In this document: piece after piece, positions 19,234 to 28,920 of the stretch
Layout of the letters: every line of letters starts with the position of its first letter
How positions within the stretch are numbered: position 1 is the first letter of the stretch
Assembly: GCA_038231435.1 (NCBI GenBank)
Contig: JBBRLJ010000037.1
Span: 1 to 52,888 of the forward strand
Origin: Planctomycetota bacterium
GTDB lineage: Bacteria; Planctomycetota; UBA11346
Reading direction: 5' to 3'
DNA length: 52,888 nt
Notes under the pieces: generated by a model
Told to the model about the DNA's origin: nothing
What the model saw: the letters and a program-made list of their open reading frames with translations, nothing else
The model's database searches: none
Position numbers and translations under genes: made by a program

Positions 19234-20373
19234 TCAGGACTGGAACAGCTTGCGGTGCTCGTCGATCGCGAAGCGGTCGGTCATGCCGGCGATGTAATCG
19301 GCGACGGCGCGGAAGAGTCCGGCGCCTTCGGCCCTGGCGGAATGGAGCGGCGGTAGGCTGTCGGGATGGTCCGAGTAGAACTGGAACAGGTCGGCCAGGA
19401 TGCGGCGCGCCTTGTGGAACACCCGGTTGATCTGCCAGCTGCGGTAGAGGTTCGCGAACAGCCACGCTTCCAGAGCCTCCTTCGCGCCACGTGTCGACGG
19501 GCTGACCTCGACCAGCTTGCCCGCATGCGCGCGCACCTTGGCGACGCTGTCGATGCCGGCGGTGGTCAGGTTCTGCTGGGTGTGCTCGATCAGGCTCGAC
19601 AGCAGCCCGTCCATGAGGTTGCGCAGGGCGCGGTCGACCAGCAGTTTGTCACTGGTGGCGCGCGGACTGGCGGCGACCGCCTCGTCCCACGCCCCCTGCC
19701 ACAGCGGCACCTCGCGCAGCGCGTCGAGCGACAGGATGCCGCTGCGCAGACCATCGTCGATGTCGTGGCAATCGTAGACGATCGAGTCGACCTCATCGAC
19801 GAGCTGGGCCTCGAGCAGCGGCGCCTCGTTCGGCTGGAAGCGCGCGGGCACCAGCGTCCGATCGTAGTGCGCTGAATGCTTGACGATGCTTTCGCGCACC
19901 TCGTAGGTGAGATTCAGGCCCGGGAACTCTGGATAGCGGATCTCGAGTTCTTCGACGATGCGCAGGCCCTGGCGGTTGTGCTCGAACCCGCCGTGGTCAG
20001 CCATCAGCTCCTTGAGCAGATCCTCGCCGCGATGGCCGAACGGCGGATGGCCGACGTCGTGCACCAGCGCCACGCATTCGACCAGATCCTGGTTGAGCCC
20101 GAGGCGCTGCGCCGCGCCGCGTGCGAGATGGCTGACCTCGATGGTATGGGTCAGCCGCGTGCGGAAGTGGTCGCCCTCATCGTTGGTGAAGACCTGGGTC
20201 TTGTATTGCAGGCGGCGGAAAGCCCGGCTGTGGACGATGCGATCGCGATCGCGCTGGAACGCGCCGCGGTTGGCATCCGGCATGGCCGGGAAATCCCGAC
20301 CGCGGCTTGATGCCGAGGGCAGCGCATACGGTGCGAGCAGCAGTGCGTCGCGTGCATCCGCTTTGGGAATCAC
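19234..20373 (-). CDS. dgt: Deoxyguanosinetriphosphate triphosphohydrolase (HD family)
   Basis: FQRDRDRIVHSRAFRRLQYKTQVF, RTRLTHTIEV, HDVGHPPFGHRGE, DYIAGMTD. The GTG start overlaps the rpe stop. Confidence 0.95.
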   Translation of the reverse strand: MIPKADARDALLLAPYALPSASSRGRDFPAMPDANRGAFQRDRDRIVHSRAFRRLQYKTQVFTNDEGDHFRTRLTHTIEVSHLARGAAQRLGLNQDLVECVALVHDVGHPPFGHRGEDLLKELMADHGGFEHNRQGLRIVEELEIRYPEFPGLNLTYEVRESIVKHSAHYDRTLVPARFQPNEAPLLEAQLVDEVDSIVYDCHDIDDGLRSGILSLDALREVPLWQGAWDEAVAASPRATSDKLLVDRALRNLMDGLLSSLIEHTQQNLTTAGIDSVAKVRAHAGKLVEVSPSTRGAKEALEAWLFANLYRSWQINRVFHKARRILADLFQFYSDHPDSLPPLHSARAEGAGLFRAVADYIAGMTDRFAIDEHRKLFQS

Positions 20374-21044
20374 GCCGCTCCCCCAGCGCCGCCACGTGGC
20401 TGCGCCTCGGCCCAGCGCAGGAAGCCCGCGGGATCGGCATCCTTGAAAAAGGCATTGCCGGTGACCAGGCGGTCTACCCCGTCGGCGAGCACCAGCGGGA
20501 TGGTCTCGCGGTTGATGCCGCCATCGACCTGGATCGCGAGCGCGGGGAATGCGGCGCGAGTCGCGCGTAGGCGCGCGCGCACTTGCGGGATGAACGACTG
20601 GCCGCCGAAGCCGGGATACACGGTCATGAACATCGCCAGGTCGATGGCACGGAAATGTGGAAACCACAGCTCGGGGTCGGTATCTGGATTGAGCGCCAGT
20701 CCGACGCGCGCGCCGGTGGCGCGGATGGCGGCGATCGCGCTGGCCATGCCGCGTTGGCCGACGGCCTCGACATGGATGGTGATGGCGTCGGCGCCCGCAT
20801 CTCGGAAGGCCTGGGCGTAACGCACCGGTTCGGTCATCATCAGATGCACGTCGAGATGCAGCCTGGTCGAGCGGCGGATGGCCTCGACCACCAATGGGCC
20901 GATGGTCAGGTTGGGCACGAAGTGGGCATCCATCACGTCGACATGGAGCATGCGCGCGCCTGCGGCTTCGCAGCGCCGTACCTCATCCCGCAGGCATGCG
21001 AAGTCGGCTGACAACAGGCTGGGCAGGACGGTGATCGCCGGCAT
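20370..21044 (-). CDS. rpe: Ribulose-phosphate 3-epimerase
   Basis: PSLLSADF, HVDVMDAHFVPNLTIG, DVHLM, MTVYPGFGGQ, VDGGIN. Confidence 0.96.
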   Translation of the reverse strand: MPAITVLPSLLSADFACLRDEVRRCEAAGARMLHVDVMDAHFVPNLTIGPLVVEAIRRSTRLHLDVHLMMTEPVRYAQAFRDAGADAITIHVEAVGQRGMASAIAAIRATGARVGLALNPDTDPELWFPHFRAIDLAMFMTVYPGFGGQSFIPQVRARLRATRAAFPALAIQVDGGINRETIPLVLADGVDRLVTGNAFFKDADPAGFLRWAEAQPRGGAGGAA

Positions 21045-21267
21045 GGACGCAGCTTGGCCCGCCCCGGCACGGTGCAACCCGTTGCCCTAGCCATTCACGG
21101 CGTCGACGTCCAGGCCGCCCAGGATGCTCCAAGCATAGCAGCCCGGCAGGTTGCCAGCGCGCACGCCGCCGTTACGGTTCAGTCAGCAGCCAAGCCGGAG
21201 CGGCCGCGACCCCGATCGCTCATCGTGCTGGCCTCGCTCAGATCCCCAAGCCCGCAGAGGACATCCC

Positions 21268-21600
21268 ATGGCCCAGGAATTCACCGACGGCAACTTCGCC
21301 AAGGAAGTCCTCCAGTCCGACAAGCCGGTACTGGTGGACTTCTGGGCTCCCTGGTGCGGCCCCTGCAAGATGATCGGGCCGATCGTCGAGAAGCTCTCCA
21401 GCGAGCTCTCGCCCACGGTCAAGATCGGCAAGCTCAACGTCGACGACAATCCCGCCACCGCGCAGGAGTACGGCGTGATGAGCATCCCGACGCTGCTGCT
21501 GTTCAAGGGCGGCAAGGTCGTCGGGACCACCATGGGCTTCACTCCAGAGCCGCGTCTGCGTGAGTTCATCACCAGCCATTCGGGCACTGCGGCGAAGTGA
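21268..21600 (+). CDS. trxA: Thioredoxin
   Basis: VLVDFWAPWCGPC and SIPT; GAGG RBS before ATG 21268. Confidence 0.96.
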   Translation: MAQEFTDGNFAKEVLQSDKPVLVDFWAPWCGPCKMIGPIVEKLSSELSPTVKIGKLNVDDNPATAQEYGVMSIPTLLLFKGGKVVGTTMGFTPEPRLREFITSHSGTAAK

Positions 21601-21658
21601 TCGCCTAACGGTCCACCGCCACCCGGTGGTGTTGGATCTCGTCGAGCAACCGGTCGCG

Positions 21659-22480
21659 TCACGCGACCGGTTGGTAGAATCCCGATTTCTCGTCCTGCAT
21701 GCGCTCGAAGCGACCGTCGAGCAGCATCGCCGCATCCGCCGAGCCCAAGAACAGGTAGCCATCCGGCGCGAGCACCGTGCGCAGCCGCGCCAGTAGCGGT
21801 TTGCGGATGGCCGGACCGAAGTAGACCAGCACGTTGCGCATGAATACCGCGTCCATGGTCTCGAGATCGGGCCATTCGGCGCGCAGGTTCAGCTCGGTGA
21901 ACCGCACCATCGCCCGGATGTCGTCCTTGAGCTGCCAGTGGGTACCCTGATTGACGAAGTGCTTCACCAGCACGCTGGTCGGCAATCCGTGGACGGCCTC
22001 GACCAGGCTGTAGCTGCCCGAGACAGCTTTCTCGAGGTTCTCGGGCGAGGGATCGCTGGCGAGGATGGTCAGGTCCCAATCCGCGAGTTCCGAAAAGCGT
22101 TCGCGGATCAGCAAGGCGATGCTGTACGGCTCCTGTCCGCCTCCACAGGCAGGGCACCAGAAGCGCAGCCGGCGGCGCGCGCCGCGGCGTGAAGCGAGCT
22201 GGGGCAGGATGCGGGTCGACATGATCTCGGCGGCGCGGCCGTCGAGCAGGAACGGAGAGGCGTTGGCGGTCATCGCCTCGACCGCCTGCGCATGCAGGGC
22301 GCCGGATCCCTGCGCGCGTAGGCGCGCCACCAGCGCATCGACCGAGGCGAGGCTGCTGGCCTTCGCTACCAGCGCGAGCCGCGCCTCGACGCGGCGCGCA
22401 TCGCCTTCGACGAGCACGATCCCGGAGCGTTCGCGCGCCAGGCGCTTCAGGTAATCGAAGTCAGTCCCGCTGAGGGGCAT
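21659..22480 (-). CDS. cheR: CheR-family methyltransferase with degenerate motifs
   Basis: GQEPYSIA, ILASD, RNVLVYF and GYLFLG are present, but the canonical TNETxFFR reads ANASPFLL. Confidence 0.85.
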   Translation of the reverse strand: MPLSGTDFDYLKRLARERSGIVLVEGDARRVEARLALVAKASSLASVDALVARLRAQGSGALHAQAVEAMTANASPFLLDGRAAEIMSTRILPQLASRRGARRRLRFWCPACGGGQEPYSIALLIRERFSELADWDLTILASDPSPENLEKAVSGSYSLVEAVHGLPTSVLVKHFVNQGTHWQLKDDIRAMVRFTELNLRAEWPDLETMDAVFMRNVLVYFGPAIRKPLLARLRTVLAPDGYLFLGSADAAMLLDGRFERMQDEKSGFYQPVA

Positions 22481-22506
22481 GGCGCCATCATGGCGACCGA
22501 GCAGCG

Positions 22507-23724
22507 TCACTCCAGCAGCTTGTGTGCGTCCATCAGGGCCTTCCAGGAGGCCAGCGCACGTGCCGGGATACGCACCTGCTCGCCCTGTCGATACGACGGT
22601 ATCGTGCCCTGCTCGAGGCGCTTGGAGACGAAGGTGGCGCTGCGTCCGATCGCGGTGGCGGCCGCCGCGGTATCCAGCAAATCGCCAGGCTCACCCGCGC
22701 GCACCGCCCACACCGGCTCGCGGGTGAGATCGTGGCGGAACGACTTCTTGTCGCGCGCGAGCATCAGCGCCGCCGTCGCCAGCAGGCGATCGGTCGGAGC
22801 CTGCGCCGCCGCCTGGATGGTGAACAATGCGCGCGTGAGATCGTAGCAACGGCCGGTGGTCTCTTCGAGCGGAGCGATGCGCGCCTCGAGCCATTCCGCC
22901 GCGTCCAACGCGTCGTTCGCCCGCGCGGCGGCGGTGGCGAAGTGGCCGATCAGGTCCACCAGCTCCTCGTCCTGGAGCCCGGCGGCAACCGCGGCTTCGA
23001 TGAGCGCTCCGGCCTCGCGCCATTCGCCGGCCAGGAGGCGACAGCGCGCGACCGCGGCCAGATCGTCGACGTCGATGGTCTTGCCTTGCGCTGCGAGCAG
23101 CGCGACGGCCACGCCGATCCAATGTCCGAGATCCCCGAGCCTGTCGGCCCCGGTCGGCAAGAGCCCTTCGTCCAGGCTGGCGACGACTCCAGAGGCCAAT
23201 TCGAGCCAATAGGTGAGCACGTTGCTTCCCGCGTCCGGTCCAGCGGTGAGCGCCGGCCAGCTGGTTCCGCCTGCGGCCTTGGCCGCCAGATCGCCGAGCG
23301 CCTGCCGCAGAGCCTCTTTGCCGGGGAAATCCTTGCCGCATGCCTCGACGACGTGCGCTCGCCAGCCGTCCTCGAGATGTCCGAAGAACAGCTGCGGTAT
23401 GGTGTTCAGGCGGGAATCGCCGGACAGCACCACCACGCACATGCCTTTGGCCGCGGCGAACATCTCACGCGCGCGCATGCGCGCCGCATCCTCGGGCATC
23501 CCCTGGGCGCGGAAGGCGTCGATCGAGCGCAGCAGCGGACCGGTGCCATCCGCGAGAAACTGGGCGATGGCACCCGCCAAGGACGGCGAGAACGGCGCAA
23601 GGAACACCGAATGGAAGGACATCGTGCTGGCGAACATCGCAAAGGGGTCGAAGCCCCCCTGCGTGGCCATCTTCTGCACGTCGTCCGCGAACGCGCCCAG
23701 GTCGCCGAGGTTCGGGTCGGGCAT
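22507..23724 (-). CDS. Hypothetical helical protein with a C-terminal excisionase-like (HTH_17) DNA-binding domain
   Basis: The C-terminus LLDTAAAATAIGRSATFVSKRLEQGTIPSYRQGEQVRIPARAL fits the Xis/MerR-like HTH pattern. Confidence 0.7.
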   Translation of the reverse strand: MPDPNLGDLGAFADDVQKMATQGGFDPFAMFASTMSFHSVFLAPFSPSLAGAIAQFLADGTGPLLRSIDAFRAQGMPEDAARMRAREMFAAAKGMCVVVLSGDSRLNTIPQLFFGHLEDGWRAHVVEACGKDFPGKEALRQALGDLAAKAAGGTSWPALTAGPDAGSNVLTYWLELASGVVASLDEGLLPTGADRLGDLGHWIGVAVALLAAQGKTIDVDDLAAVARCRLLAGEWREAGALIEAAVAAGLQDEELVDLIGHFATAAARANDALDAAEWLEARIAPLEETTGRCYDLTRALFTIQAAAQAPTDRLLATAALMLARDKKSFRHDLTREPVWAVRAGEPGDLLDTAAAATAIGRSATFVSKRLEQGTIPSYRQGEQVRIPARALASWKALMDAHKLLE

Positions 23725-23727
23725 CAG

Positions 23728-23937
23728 TGGTCACTTTCTATCATCGATGGAGATGCCGTGATAGGCGTGATGAAGACCAAGCGCAAGCGGCCGGCTTTGC
23801 TGTCGCCGCAGCCTGCACGGGGCCCCATCGCCCTGCGATGGGGCGGGCGCCGACGGTTTCGCCGACTTCCGGCGAAACCGAGTCCCGACAAAGCCCGTGG
23901 GGTAGGTCCGTCAGGGCCGTAGGGGCGAAGCCCCTGG
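23728..23937. repeat. Structured dispersed repeat, copy 1 (REPIN/MITE-like)
   Basis: Shares identical 19-, 23- and 21-nt blocks with 52751-52888 and contains several hairpins. Confidence 0.8.
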
Positions 23938-23945
23938 AGCCAAAT

Positions 23946-25040
23946 TTATTTGGCGAACAAAAAGTGCATGACGTCGCCGTCCTTGACCGCGTAGTCCTTG
24001 CCCTCGGCCCGCAGCTTGCCGACCTCGCGGCAGCCCTTCTCGCCCTTGAAAGCGACGAAGTCTTCGTAGGTGGCGACCTCGGCGCGGATGAAGCCCTTCT
24101 CGAAATCGGTATGGATGACTCCGGCGGCGCGCGGCGCCTTCCAGCCCTTCTGGATCTGCCAGGCGCGTACTTCCTTGACTCCAGCGGTGAAATAGGTCGC
24201 GAGGCCGAGCAGGTCGTACCCGGCGCGCACCAGGCGATCCACTCCGGCCTCGGTCATGCCCAGACCCTCCATGAACGAAGCTCGTTCCGCCGCGTCGAGC
24301 TGGACCAGTTCGGACTCGATCTTTCCCGACAGCAAGATGGCGCGGGCCCCGACCTTCTCGGCATGGCTGAACACCGCCTTGCTGTGCGCGTTGCCTCCGG
24401 CCGCGATGTCGTTCTCGCCGATGTTGCAGACGAACAGCATGGCCTTGGCGGTGATCAACTGGCAATCGGCGATGTGCACCAGCTCCTCGGGGGTCAAGCC
24501 CTGGGCGCGCGCCGGAACCAGCTTCTTGAATCCGGCGAGGACCTTCTCGAGAGTCGGTATCGCAGCCAGCTGATCCTTGTCGTGGATGCGCTTGCGCACG
24601 CGATCGAACTTGGCCTTCAGGGTCTCTTCGTCCTTGAGCAGCAGCTCGAGATCGATGATTTCGATGTCGCGTACCGGATCGACGCTGCCATCGACATGGA
24701 TGACGTCAGGGTCCTCGAAACAGCGCACCACGTGCAGAACAGCATCGACATTTTTGATCGCCGACAGGAAGGCGTTGCCCTTGCCCTCGCCCTGCGACGC
24801 GCCCTTCACCAGCCCGGCGATGTCGACCAGCTCCATCTGCGTAGGGATGACCTTGTCGGTCTTGGCGATGTCCTTCAGCACCCACAGGCGCGCATCGGGA
24901 ACAGTGACCATGCCGGTGTTGGGATCGATGGTGCAGAACGGGTAGTTCGCCGCCTGGGCCGCCTGCGTCATCGTCAACGCATTGAAAATGGTGCTCTTGC
25001 CGACGTTGGGCAGACCGACGATTCCACAGTTGAAAGCCAT
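23946..25040 (-). CDS. ychF: Redox-regulated ATPase YchF
   Basis: GIVGLPNVGKST, ANYPFCTIDPN, DIAGLVKGAS, IHTDFEKGFIRAEV; GGAGG RBS. Confidence 0.98.
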   Translation of the reverse strand: MAFNCGIVGLPNVGKSTIFNALTMTQAAQAANYPFCTIDPNTGMVTVPDARLWVLKDIAKTDKVIPTQMELVDIAGLVKGASQGEGKGNAFLSAIKNVDAVLHVVRCFEDPDVIHVDGSVDPVRDIEIIDLELLLKDEETLKAKFDRVRKRIHDKDQLAAIPTLEKVLAGFKKLVPARAQGLTPEELVHIADCQLITAKAMLFVCNIGENDIAAGGNAHSKAVFSHAEKVGARAILLSGKIESELVQLDAAERASFMEGLGMTEAGVDRLVRAGYDLLGLATYFTAGVKEVRAWQIQKGWKAPRAAGVIHTDFEKGFIRAEVATYEDFVAFKGEKGCREVGKLRAEGKDYAVKDGDVMHFLFAK

Positions 25041-25291
25041 TCCGCCTCCGGGCGCGGCAGCATAGGTGGCCACCCCAGCGCACAAGGCATCCACGTGGCT
25101 CTTGCTGGCGGCCCTGTGGCGTGGGCGTGTGAACGGGCAGACAGGAGGCGATTCGGGGCGATTCGGGAATGCGACCCCGCACCAACATCGGAGGAGAACG
25201 CGTCCGCGGCTCGCAGGGGCAGTCCCTGTTGCATGCCACCGATGTTCGCGCCGCCATCAACGACCGAGGTCCGTTCAGAGCGGGCAGGGCA

Positions 25292-28200
25292 TCACGGATT
25301 GAAGATGCTGACCTGCCCATTCTGGTTGATGACCACCAGGCGCGGGCCGACGGCGACCGCGGGCAGGAAATCGGCGGACTGCGTGATCGCGAATCCGCGT
25401 GGTCCGAGCACGCGCATGGTCGAACCGACCGGCACGGCGACGTGGCCCTGCCAGGCGAGCGGTTGGCCGATGGAGTTTCCGTCGACGCGTCCCATGTCCT
25501 TCCACTCCGCGCCGCTATGCAGCCAGATGCGCCCGTTCACGCCGACGAGCACGTCCTTGGCGCCGCCGACGGCGACCTGGGGAAGCGGCTCGCGCGTGAT
25601 GGCGGTTCCGTCCCATGACCAGGACTCGTTGGCGGTGAGTCCCGCGAAACCCTTGCCCGGGACCACCCAAGCGGCCACGACCGGAGCGCCGATCGCATCG
25701 CCGCCGAGGGGCTTGCCGTTGTAGGCCTGGACCGCCTCGAGCGCACCGTCGGTGCGCACCGCGAGGACGCGATCATTGGCGATGACCGGCGCCGCCGCGA
25801 ACGGAGCTCCGGAGGCCGCATCCCAGCGCGACGTCGGGTGGCGTTCGTCCACCCCGTGGAGCATGCCATCGATCCCGGCGGTGATCAGGAAACGGCGGTC
25901 GATGAGCTCGGGACTCTCATAGATCGCCAAGGCGAAGTCGGTGGCGCCGTTGAGTGGCATGCGGTCGACGGCCTTGCCGACGCGCACGGCGATGCCTTCG
26001 CGAGTTGGGATGTAGATCCCGTCCTCGCTGGAAACGACCTGGGCATAGATCGGATTGTTCAGCGGCGAGGCGCCGGTGACCGCCTGGAACGAGAAGGATT
26101 CGACATTTCCGGCCGGATTGATCGCGAAAGCCTGCTGGCGGTTGCATACCCAGATGCGCGCCCCGATGGCCGTGGGGCGCGAGGTCACGATCTGGCCCAG
26201 ATCCGCGTGCGCCGCGGGCGCGCGTTCGAGTGCGGCGATCAGGCGCCAGCCCCCTTCCGCCGAAGCGCCGGCAGCCGACTTCGGCAGGTAGCCGGGCAGG
26301 CGCAGCTCGATCGCGTAGTCGACGCGATCGGCGGCGGGGATGTCGATGACCATCGGCGTCGCGCCGATCTTCTTGCCGCCCTGCCAGACTTCGGCATTGC
26401 TCGGCACGCTCTCGATCGACAGCGGCAGGTACTTGAGGCCGATCTCGCGAGCGATTGTATTGGCCTTCGAGACGTCTCCGGCGGCGATCGCGGCGGTCAG
26501 ATCCTTCTGAGCCGCCTGGCGGTGTTCGTTCTGCGAGCGTGCGTCGGCGAGATCCTTCTCGGCGGCGCGGTGCGCCGCGGTCGCCTGCCACTCGGGCTTG
26601 CGGATGAGGTCCTGGAGATGACGTTCCGCGGCATCCCAATTCCCGTCCTTGAGCAGACGGCGCGAGTTCTCGAGCTCGACATTGGCCTCGGCTTCGTTCG
26701 AGCTGAGGCGATTCATGCGCGACTTGAGCGCGGCGGTCAGCTCCTGGTCTACCTTGCGGGCCTCCATCATACCCGCGATCAGGGCTGGCTGCACGTCCGC
26801 GGGCTGGGTCACGGCGTCGACGAGGTCCTTGAGCAATGACACCAGCTCATCGGTCTCATCGTGCCTGGGCGCTCCCGGATACGACTTCAGCAGCAGTTCG
26901 CCCTTGCCCGAAAGTTCCTTGAGGCGATCGGAGCTGTCGCCCGAGGCGATCGCGCTGCGCACATCCTCGTGGAACTGGTCGAACTCGCTCTTCACCTTGT
27001 CGCATTTCGTCTGGAAGGCCTGGAAGGCTTTCTCGAGCTCGGCATTGCCCTTCACCACCGAGCCTGTGCCGAGCTTCTCGGCGCGGGTCAACGCTTCGTC
27101 GTATTTGCCGATGTCAGCCATCTCCTGGAGCTGCTTGATCTGATCGCGCAGGCGACCTTCCTGGCGACGGATGTCGTCCTCGATCATGGCTATGGTCTGC
27201 AGCTGGTCGGGAGATGGGCTCGCATCCCTGACCAGCTTGACGGCTTTCTGGCGATCCTCGATGGAGGCTCCTGCCGGGCGCGCCTCTTCCAGCTTCTTGA
27301 TGCGCCAGCGATCGAGCACCAGTGCCGCCGCCGCGCTTTCGCGGGCGGGGCGCGAGCCGATGAGCCGATTGGCGGCGGCGACGTCGCCGTTCTCGAGCTG
27401 GGCGCCGACTTCGGTGGCGAGCTTGCCCGACGCCTGGTTGAACGCTTCCTCCTCGAGCAGCAGATGACGCCGGACATCGGTCTGCATCTCGGCCGGCAGG
27501 CGGTTGAGGCGCTTGCGCGCATCCTCGAAATCACCGGCATCCACCAATTTGCGGACGGTCTCGAGCTCCTTGGTCATCTCGGCCTGCACGCTCGCCGAGA
27601 TGACGTTGATGGTTTCGAGCGCCGAGAGGTCGGACCCGGCCTGGGTCTTCAGATCCTCGATCTTCCTCAGCGCTTCATTCCAATCGCGTTTGCCGACCAG
27701 CTCGGCGACCTGGTCTTGCATCTCCTTGATGCGTTTCTGCTTCTCGTTGTATTGGATGACCACGGCGAATACGCCAAGGACCAGGAGCAGCAGCGCGACC
27801 AGGACCACCAGCATGCCGCGCCCGCGCGACGCCTCCGCGGGTTGCGGCGGAAGATTGGTGTAGGTCTGTGGCGAGGGCGCGACCGGGGCGGGCGCCGAAG
27901 CCGCGGACGGCGAGGACGAGGCTGACGGACCCGCCTGCGGCGATTGTCCGCTCTGCGACGTGGCGGGAGCGGGGCCGGTGCCGGACTTCTGCTTCGACGG
28001 CAGCTTGCGGATGACGCCCTTCTTCACCAGGTTGAAGAGCACCCGGGCGAGATTCAGGCAGCTGTCGCGGCAGGCCGAGGCGATGTCATCGACGGTGCGA
28101 TGGCCATCGACGAAGTTGAGGACGTGCTTTTCGTAGTCGGTCAACGCGCCGGCGTCCTCGGAGCCTTCGGCGAAGGCGAAGATCGAGTCCCATTCGCCGA

Positions 28201-28693
28201 CCGCCTTGCGGACCTCTTGGATCTCGGCGACCCGAGTGTCCACGGTCTTCAGCAGCATGTCGACGCCGATGCGCAGGCGCACCGCGCTGCGATCGAAGTT
28301 GAAGGACTCGATGCCTTGCGCTGGATTGAACTGGAGATGGCGGACCTTGCCACCGAAGGCGTGGCAGAGGACGTCCTCGACCATGGCGCGGGTGATCTGA
28401 GTGACCTCGTCGTCGGAGGCGAGACGGAGCTGCTTGACGATGTCGGCTACGTTGCCTTGGACGCGCTCGCGGGTGGCGAAGACCAGGGCATGTTGGGCAG
28501 CATCGAGCCGGTGGTATTCCTGGAGCTTGTCGGCGAGCAGGTGCTCCTTGTCCTCGCCCATGTCCATGGCCATCACCTCGCCTTCCTGGAACAGGAAGCG
28601 CAGGTTGAAGTCCTCGCCGGAAGCGTTCAGGGAGCCGGTCTGCTTCTGACGGTAGATGGCATGGAAGTTCTCGACGAGTTCAGCATTCAACAT
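25292..28693 (-). CDS. Large DUF4388-like / TM / helical / PEGA / PQQ-like beta-propeller protein
   Basis: N-terminal KQTGSL...LFQEGEV...FVDGHRTVDDI; one TM (MLVVLVALLLLVLGVFAVVI); PEGA-like IESVPSNAEVWQGGKKIGATP; C-terminal beta repeats. Confidence 0.75.
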   Translation of the reverse strand: MLNAELVENFHAIYRQKQTGSLNASGEDFNLRFLFQEGEVMAMDMGEDKEHLLADKLQEYHRLDAAQHALVFATRERVQGNVADIVKQLRLASDDEVTQITRAMVEDVLCHAFGGKVRHLQFNPAQGIESFNFDRSAVRLRIGVDMLLKTVDTRVAEIQEVRKAVGEWDSIFAFAEGSEDAGALTDYEKHVLNFVDGHRTVDDIASACRDSCLNLARVLFNLVKKGVIRKLPSKQKSGTGPAPATSQSGQSPQAGPSASSSPSAASAPAPVAPSPQTYTNLPPQPAEASRGRGMLVVLVALLLLVLGVFAVVIQYNEKQKRIKEMQDQVAELVGKRDWNEALRKIEDLKTQAGSDLSALETINVISASVQAEMTKELETVRKLVDAGDFEDARKRLNRLPAEMQTDVRRHLLLEEEAFNQASGKLATEVGAQLENGDVAAANRLIGSRPARESAAAALVLDRWRIKKLEEARPAGASIEDRQKAVKLVRDASPSPDQLQTIAMIEDDIRRQEGRLRDQIKQLQEMADIGKYDEALTRAEKLGTGSVVKGNAELEKAFQAFQTKCDKVKSEFDQFHEDVRSAIASGDSSDRLKELSGKGELLLKSYPGAPRHDETDELVSLLKDLVDAVTQPADVQPALIAGMMEARKVDQELTAALKSRMNRLSSNEAEANVELENSRRLLKDGNWDAAERHLQDLIRKPEWQATAAHRAAEKDLADARSQNEHRQAAQKDLTAAIAAGDVSKANTIAREIGLKYLPLSIESVPSNAEVWQGGKKIGATPMVIDIPAADRVDYAIELRLPGYLPKSAAGASAEGGWRLIAALERAPAAHADLGQIVTSRPTAIGARIWVCNRQQAFAINPAGNVESFSFQAVTGASPLNNPIYAQVVSSEDGIYIPTREGIAVRVGKAVDRMPLNGATDFALAIYESPELIDRRFLITAGIDGMLHGVDERHPTSRWDAASGAPFAAAPVIANDRVLAVRTDGALEAVQAYNGKPLGGDAIGAPVVAAWVVPGKGFAGLTANESWSWDGTAITREPLPQVAVGGAKDVLVGVNGRIWLHSGAEWKDMGRVDGNSIGQPLAWQGHVAVPVGSTMRVLGPRGFAITQSADFLPAVAVGPRLVVINQNGQVSIFNP

Positions 28694-28920
28694 GTGATCA
28701 GCCCTGGGAGTTTGCCACCCAGACCTTAGAGGCAGTTGCGAGGACCACAAGCCGGTCCATGGCCCGAATTGCGCCCCTGGCACTTGGCGTAAGTCACTCG
28801 GGGGTTCGGCTATGTGCCCTCGGCCGTCGAACGGAACCGGAGTGGCCGCGGGGATGCGGAGCGGAGATTTACAGCGTGAACGGGGGTCCGGCGAAACCGT
28901 CGGAGATCACCGTGGAGTCG

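Noticed and set aside
28888..28904. CCGGCGAAACCGTCGG resembling the hairpin in repeat copy 1
   Set aside because: A short GC-rich match without the conserved flanking blocks; could be chance.
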